A stretch of 64,000 nucleotides of DNA from Stylophora pistillata (lineage: Eukaryota), in NCBI RefSeq assembly GCF_002571385.2, contig NW_019217896.1:215247-279246 (forward strand), read 5' to 3'. Below the pieces are notes generated by a model. It saw only the letters and a program-made list of their open reading frames with translations. It made no database searches and was not told the origin of the DNA. Position 1 is the stretch's first letter; the number at the start of each line of letters is the position of its first letter. Below are positions 60,925 to 64,000 of this stretch, piece by piece. The translations under genes and the position numbers were made by a program.

Positions 60925-63023
60925 GAGCTTTTAACGGTTGTACATTTGAATTTATATTAAGGTACGTTAAAAATTACGTGTCAGGGCTTAGGCTTCAATT
61001 TGAATATTAAATACGCGAAAAATGTAAATAGCGCGCGCTTGACTAGATCAAAAGAAAAAAAAAATAAAATAAGATACCAAGGAACAACGTAATTAAAAGG
61101 AAAGAGATAATTCTAGATACTTTAATTGCTGATTAAGAATGGGTTTTTCCCACTTGATATGCAATGCCTCTTTGATCTTTATTTGGTATTTTGAAGAGGC
61201 AGAATCTAAGATCGTGAAACAATCAGTATCACAAGAGTCGAGACAGGCCCTTGATGATTGCAGTGGATGTCTTTTCTTGTTTTGAGCTGATTAATCGGAT
61301 CATGGTCAGAAATCTACTCGACAGGAAGCTAAAGGGAAAACTGGTCGCAGACCTTTCTCATATTGCCCATTCGTACGTTTCTTAACACCAACCTTCTGCA
61401 GGGGACTTAAAGAAATGTGGGCTACCTAAAATGCACAAGGCTCGGCAGCCTAATGAAACACCTCCATTTCGACCCATAGTATCTTCAATAGGTACCTACA
61501 ATTACAATTTATCTGAGCTCCTTTTTAATCTTCTAGAGCCACATGTTCCGCGTGAATACAACGTCCACGACACGTTTTCTTTTGTACATGAAATCAACCA
61601 GTTATCAACCGCAGGGAAGTTCATGGTATCTTTCGATGTTGAGAGTTTATTCACTGGTATACCTCTTGATGAATGCATTGATCTGGCGATCAGATACTTT
61701 TATCAAGGTAACCCTGGTCTTAAGATAAACGCCGCTTACCTAAAAACGCTTTTTACCCTCGCAACAGCTGAGACTGGTTTCTTGTTTAAGGGTGTGTTTT
61801 ATGATCAAATAGATGGGGTTGCCATGGGGTCCCCACTTGCTCCAGTACTTGCAAACCTCTTTATGGGACATCATGAAAAAAACTGGCTGGATAACTATTC
61901 ATTCTCTGAAATTCCGTTCAACAGACGCTATGTTGATGACACCTTTTGATTGTTCAATAGCGAGGAGGACGCGCTCGTGTTCTTTGATTATATCAACGCC
62001 AGGCACCCTAGTATTCGTTCCACAATGGAAAGGGAAATTGATAAGAAATTATCGTTTCTTGACATATTGTTAGACAACAGTCATACATCCATCGTCACTA
62101 GTGTATATCGCGAGAAGACGTTTACTGGTCTTCTTACTAATTATTTCAGGTTCGCCCCTATGATTTACAAATTAGGTTTAGTCAGAACATTGATTGACAG
62201 AGTATATAAGATCAATAATTCCTGGGTTGGTTTTCATCTGGATGTCAAGAAACTTATTGTCTTGCGACGGAAAAATTGTTTTCCATCTTGGGTAATAGAC
62301 AAGATCATTTACAGGTATCTACCTAAGAAAAATAATCCTTCTCCTACTGGGCAGAACGCCTCTTCTAACTCCGGTAAACCTTCTTCACACTATTGTAAAC
62401 TTCCCTATGTTGTTCGATTTTCTAACATCGCTCAGACTAAGTTAAGACAACTACTCAAACGCTATTGTAGAGCTGATTTAGATGTTATGTTAGTCTTCAG
62501 TATGTTTAAACTCAGAAACATGTTCAGTGTGAAAGATTCAGTACCACTAGGTCTACGTTCGCGTGCCGTTTATAAATTTTCGTGTGCTGGCTGTAATGTC
62601 AGTTATATTGGTGACACTCGCCACATTTGTACACGAGTTCATGAGCACCTCTTGTCGGACAAAACTTCGCATATTTACAAGCACCTGCAATCATCAAGGG
62701 CCTGTCTTGACTCTTGTGATTATGAATCTTTCACGATCTAGATTCTGCCGCTTCAAAATACCAAATTAAGATCAAAGAGGCATTGCATATGAACTGGGAA
62801 AAACCCATTCTTAATCAGCAATTGAAGCATCTAGAATTATCTCTTTCCTTTTAATTACGTTGTTCCTTGGTCTCTTCTTTTATTATTTTTTTTTTTTTGA
62901 TCTAGTCAAGCGCGCGCTATTTACATTTTTCGCGTATTTAATATTCAAATTGAAACGTAAGCCCTGACACGTAATTTGTAACGTACCTTGATATAAATTC
63001 AAATGTACAACCGTTCAAAGCTC

Positions 63024-63071
63024 ATTCGCAACTGAAGATGACATGAGAATGTCGAAACATGTCTTGTAAAT
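63024..63071 (+). ncRNA. Minimal type I hammerhead ribozyme of the Penelope terminal repeat
   Basis: GCAA-CTGAAGA-T-GACAT-GAGA-ATGTC-GAAA-CATG-TC-TTGT: canonical CUGANGA and GAAA core, perfect 5-bp stem II with a GNRA loop, GUC triplet ending at 63063. Confidence 0.85.
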
Positions 63072-64000
63072 TTAAACTCAAAGTATTCGTTTCTTTTTTG
63101 AGAATTCTCTTTAATTGGCTTATGACGTTAGTATCTCGCGCACTTTTAGAATTCTCTTTTATTGGCTTATGACGTTAGTATCTCGTGCACGTTTTGGATT
63201 CTCCTACATTAGATTGTTACGTTAGGTTATAAGGTTTTTACGTTAGTATCTTGCTCACTCTAAGATTCTCCTTCATTCGAGTATCTCGTACATTTCAAAT
63301 TTTTTAGGATTATCTTTCATTCGACTGTTACATTAGTGTTTCGTGCTCTGTTAGAATTCTCTTTTATTGGATTGTTTATTTAGTTTCTCGTGCAATTTTC
63401 GAATTCCTTTTATATGTTTAAGTTAATACCTACCACACTTTTGAAATTTTGTTTCAATGGATTGTCATGTTACCACCTTGCGCAAGTTTCTCTTTCTCTT
63501 TCACAAATTGGATTTTCGCGTTAGTGTCTCGTGCACTCTTTCATTTGATTGTTAAATTAGTATTTCACACTTTGTTAGAATTATTTTTCATTGCATTGTT
63601 ATGCTAGTATCTGGGGCACTTTTCTCTTTGCATAGGCTCGGTAGGTTAGTACTTTGCGTACTTTTAGTTAGGATGTTCTTTTATTCGGTTAATAAGTTAG
63701 GTTCTCGTGTACTGACTTTTGGATTATCTTTTATTGGATTCAGTCTTACATTAGTCTATCGCACCCGTTTAGGCTTCTCTTTTATTCACCTGTCAAGTTT
63801 AACTTAGTCTTTCGTGCGCTTTTATTATTGTTTTTCATTGGTTTTCTCATTGGCTTCTCTTTCAATTGATTGTTACTTTGGAATCTCGGGCACTTTTAGA
63901 GTTTCTTTTCATTCCATTGTTACGGTGGCAACTCGCTCCTTGTTGGTTTCTTCTTGATTCTAGAGTTACGTTAGTATCTCGTGCAGTTCTAGCATTGCAT

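Larger units (their letters stand above)
60828..63100 (+). mobile_element. Penelope-like retroelement (RT + GIY-YIG endonuclease), 5'-truncated, with inverted terminal repeat
   Basis: ORF ~61420-62850: RPIVS, FDVESLFT, GVAMGSPLAP, RYVDD (in-frame stop at 61947-61949), LSFLD, VYKFSCAGCNVSYIGDT, IKEALH..WEKPILNQQ. Region 60845-61262 is the reverse complement of ~62686-63102. Flanked by AGAATTCTCTTTAA (60814-60827, 63101-63114). Confidence 0.92.

Overview
AT-rich eukaryotic genomic DNA with GT-AG introns and assembly gaps. The repeat landscape suggests a cnidarian, probably a scleractinian coral (inference). Three host genes were reconstructed by hand. (1) PCMT1, protein-L-isoaspartate O-methyltransferase, minus strand, 7 coding exons, 3543-7229. 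(2) A CSKMT/METTL12-like lysine methyltransferase, plus strand, 7555-10146, head-to-head with PCMT1 with 325 bp between start codons. (3) A ~41-kb gene of at least 37 exons (12509-53906, plus) for a secreted gel-forming-mucin/VWF-family protein of at least ~3,400 aa. Its architecture is signal peptide - 5 EGF - 2 five-cysteine Kunitz-like domains - D1 - D2 (GDPH) - D' - D3 - ~1,700-aa Ser/Thr domain on symmetric phase-2 exons - VWC-like - 11-Cys cystine knot - GRRRRR tail. The window also holds a near-perfect 19 x 72-bp tandem array, several MITEs, tRNA-derived SINE-like repeats, and Penelope-like elements carrying hammerhead ribozyme motifs with three different cores. The last 9 kb is a nested TE stack: satellites, a decayed MULE transposase, an RTE LINE with a 122-bp target duplication, and a Penelope-like element with inverted terminal repeats. 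All coordinates were read by eye; no database search was run.
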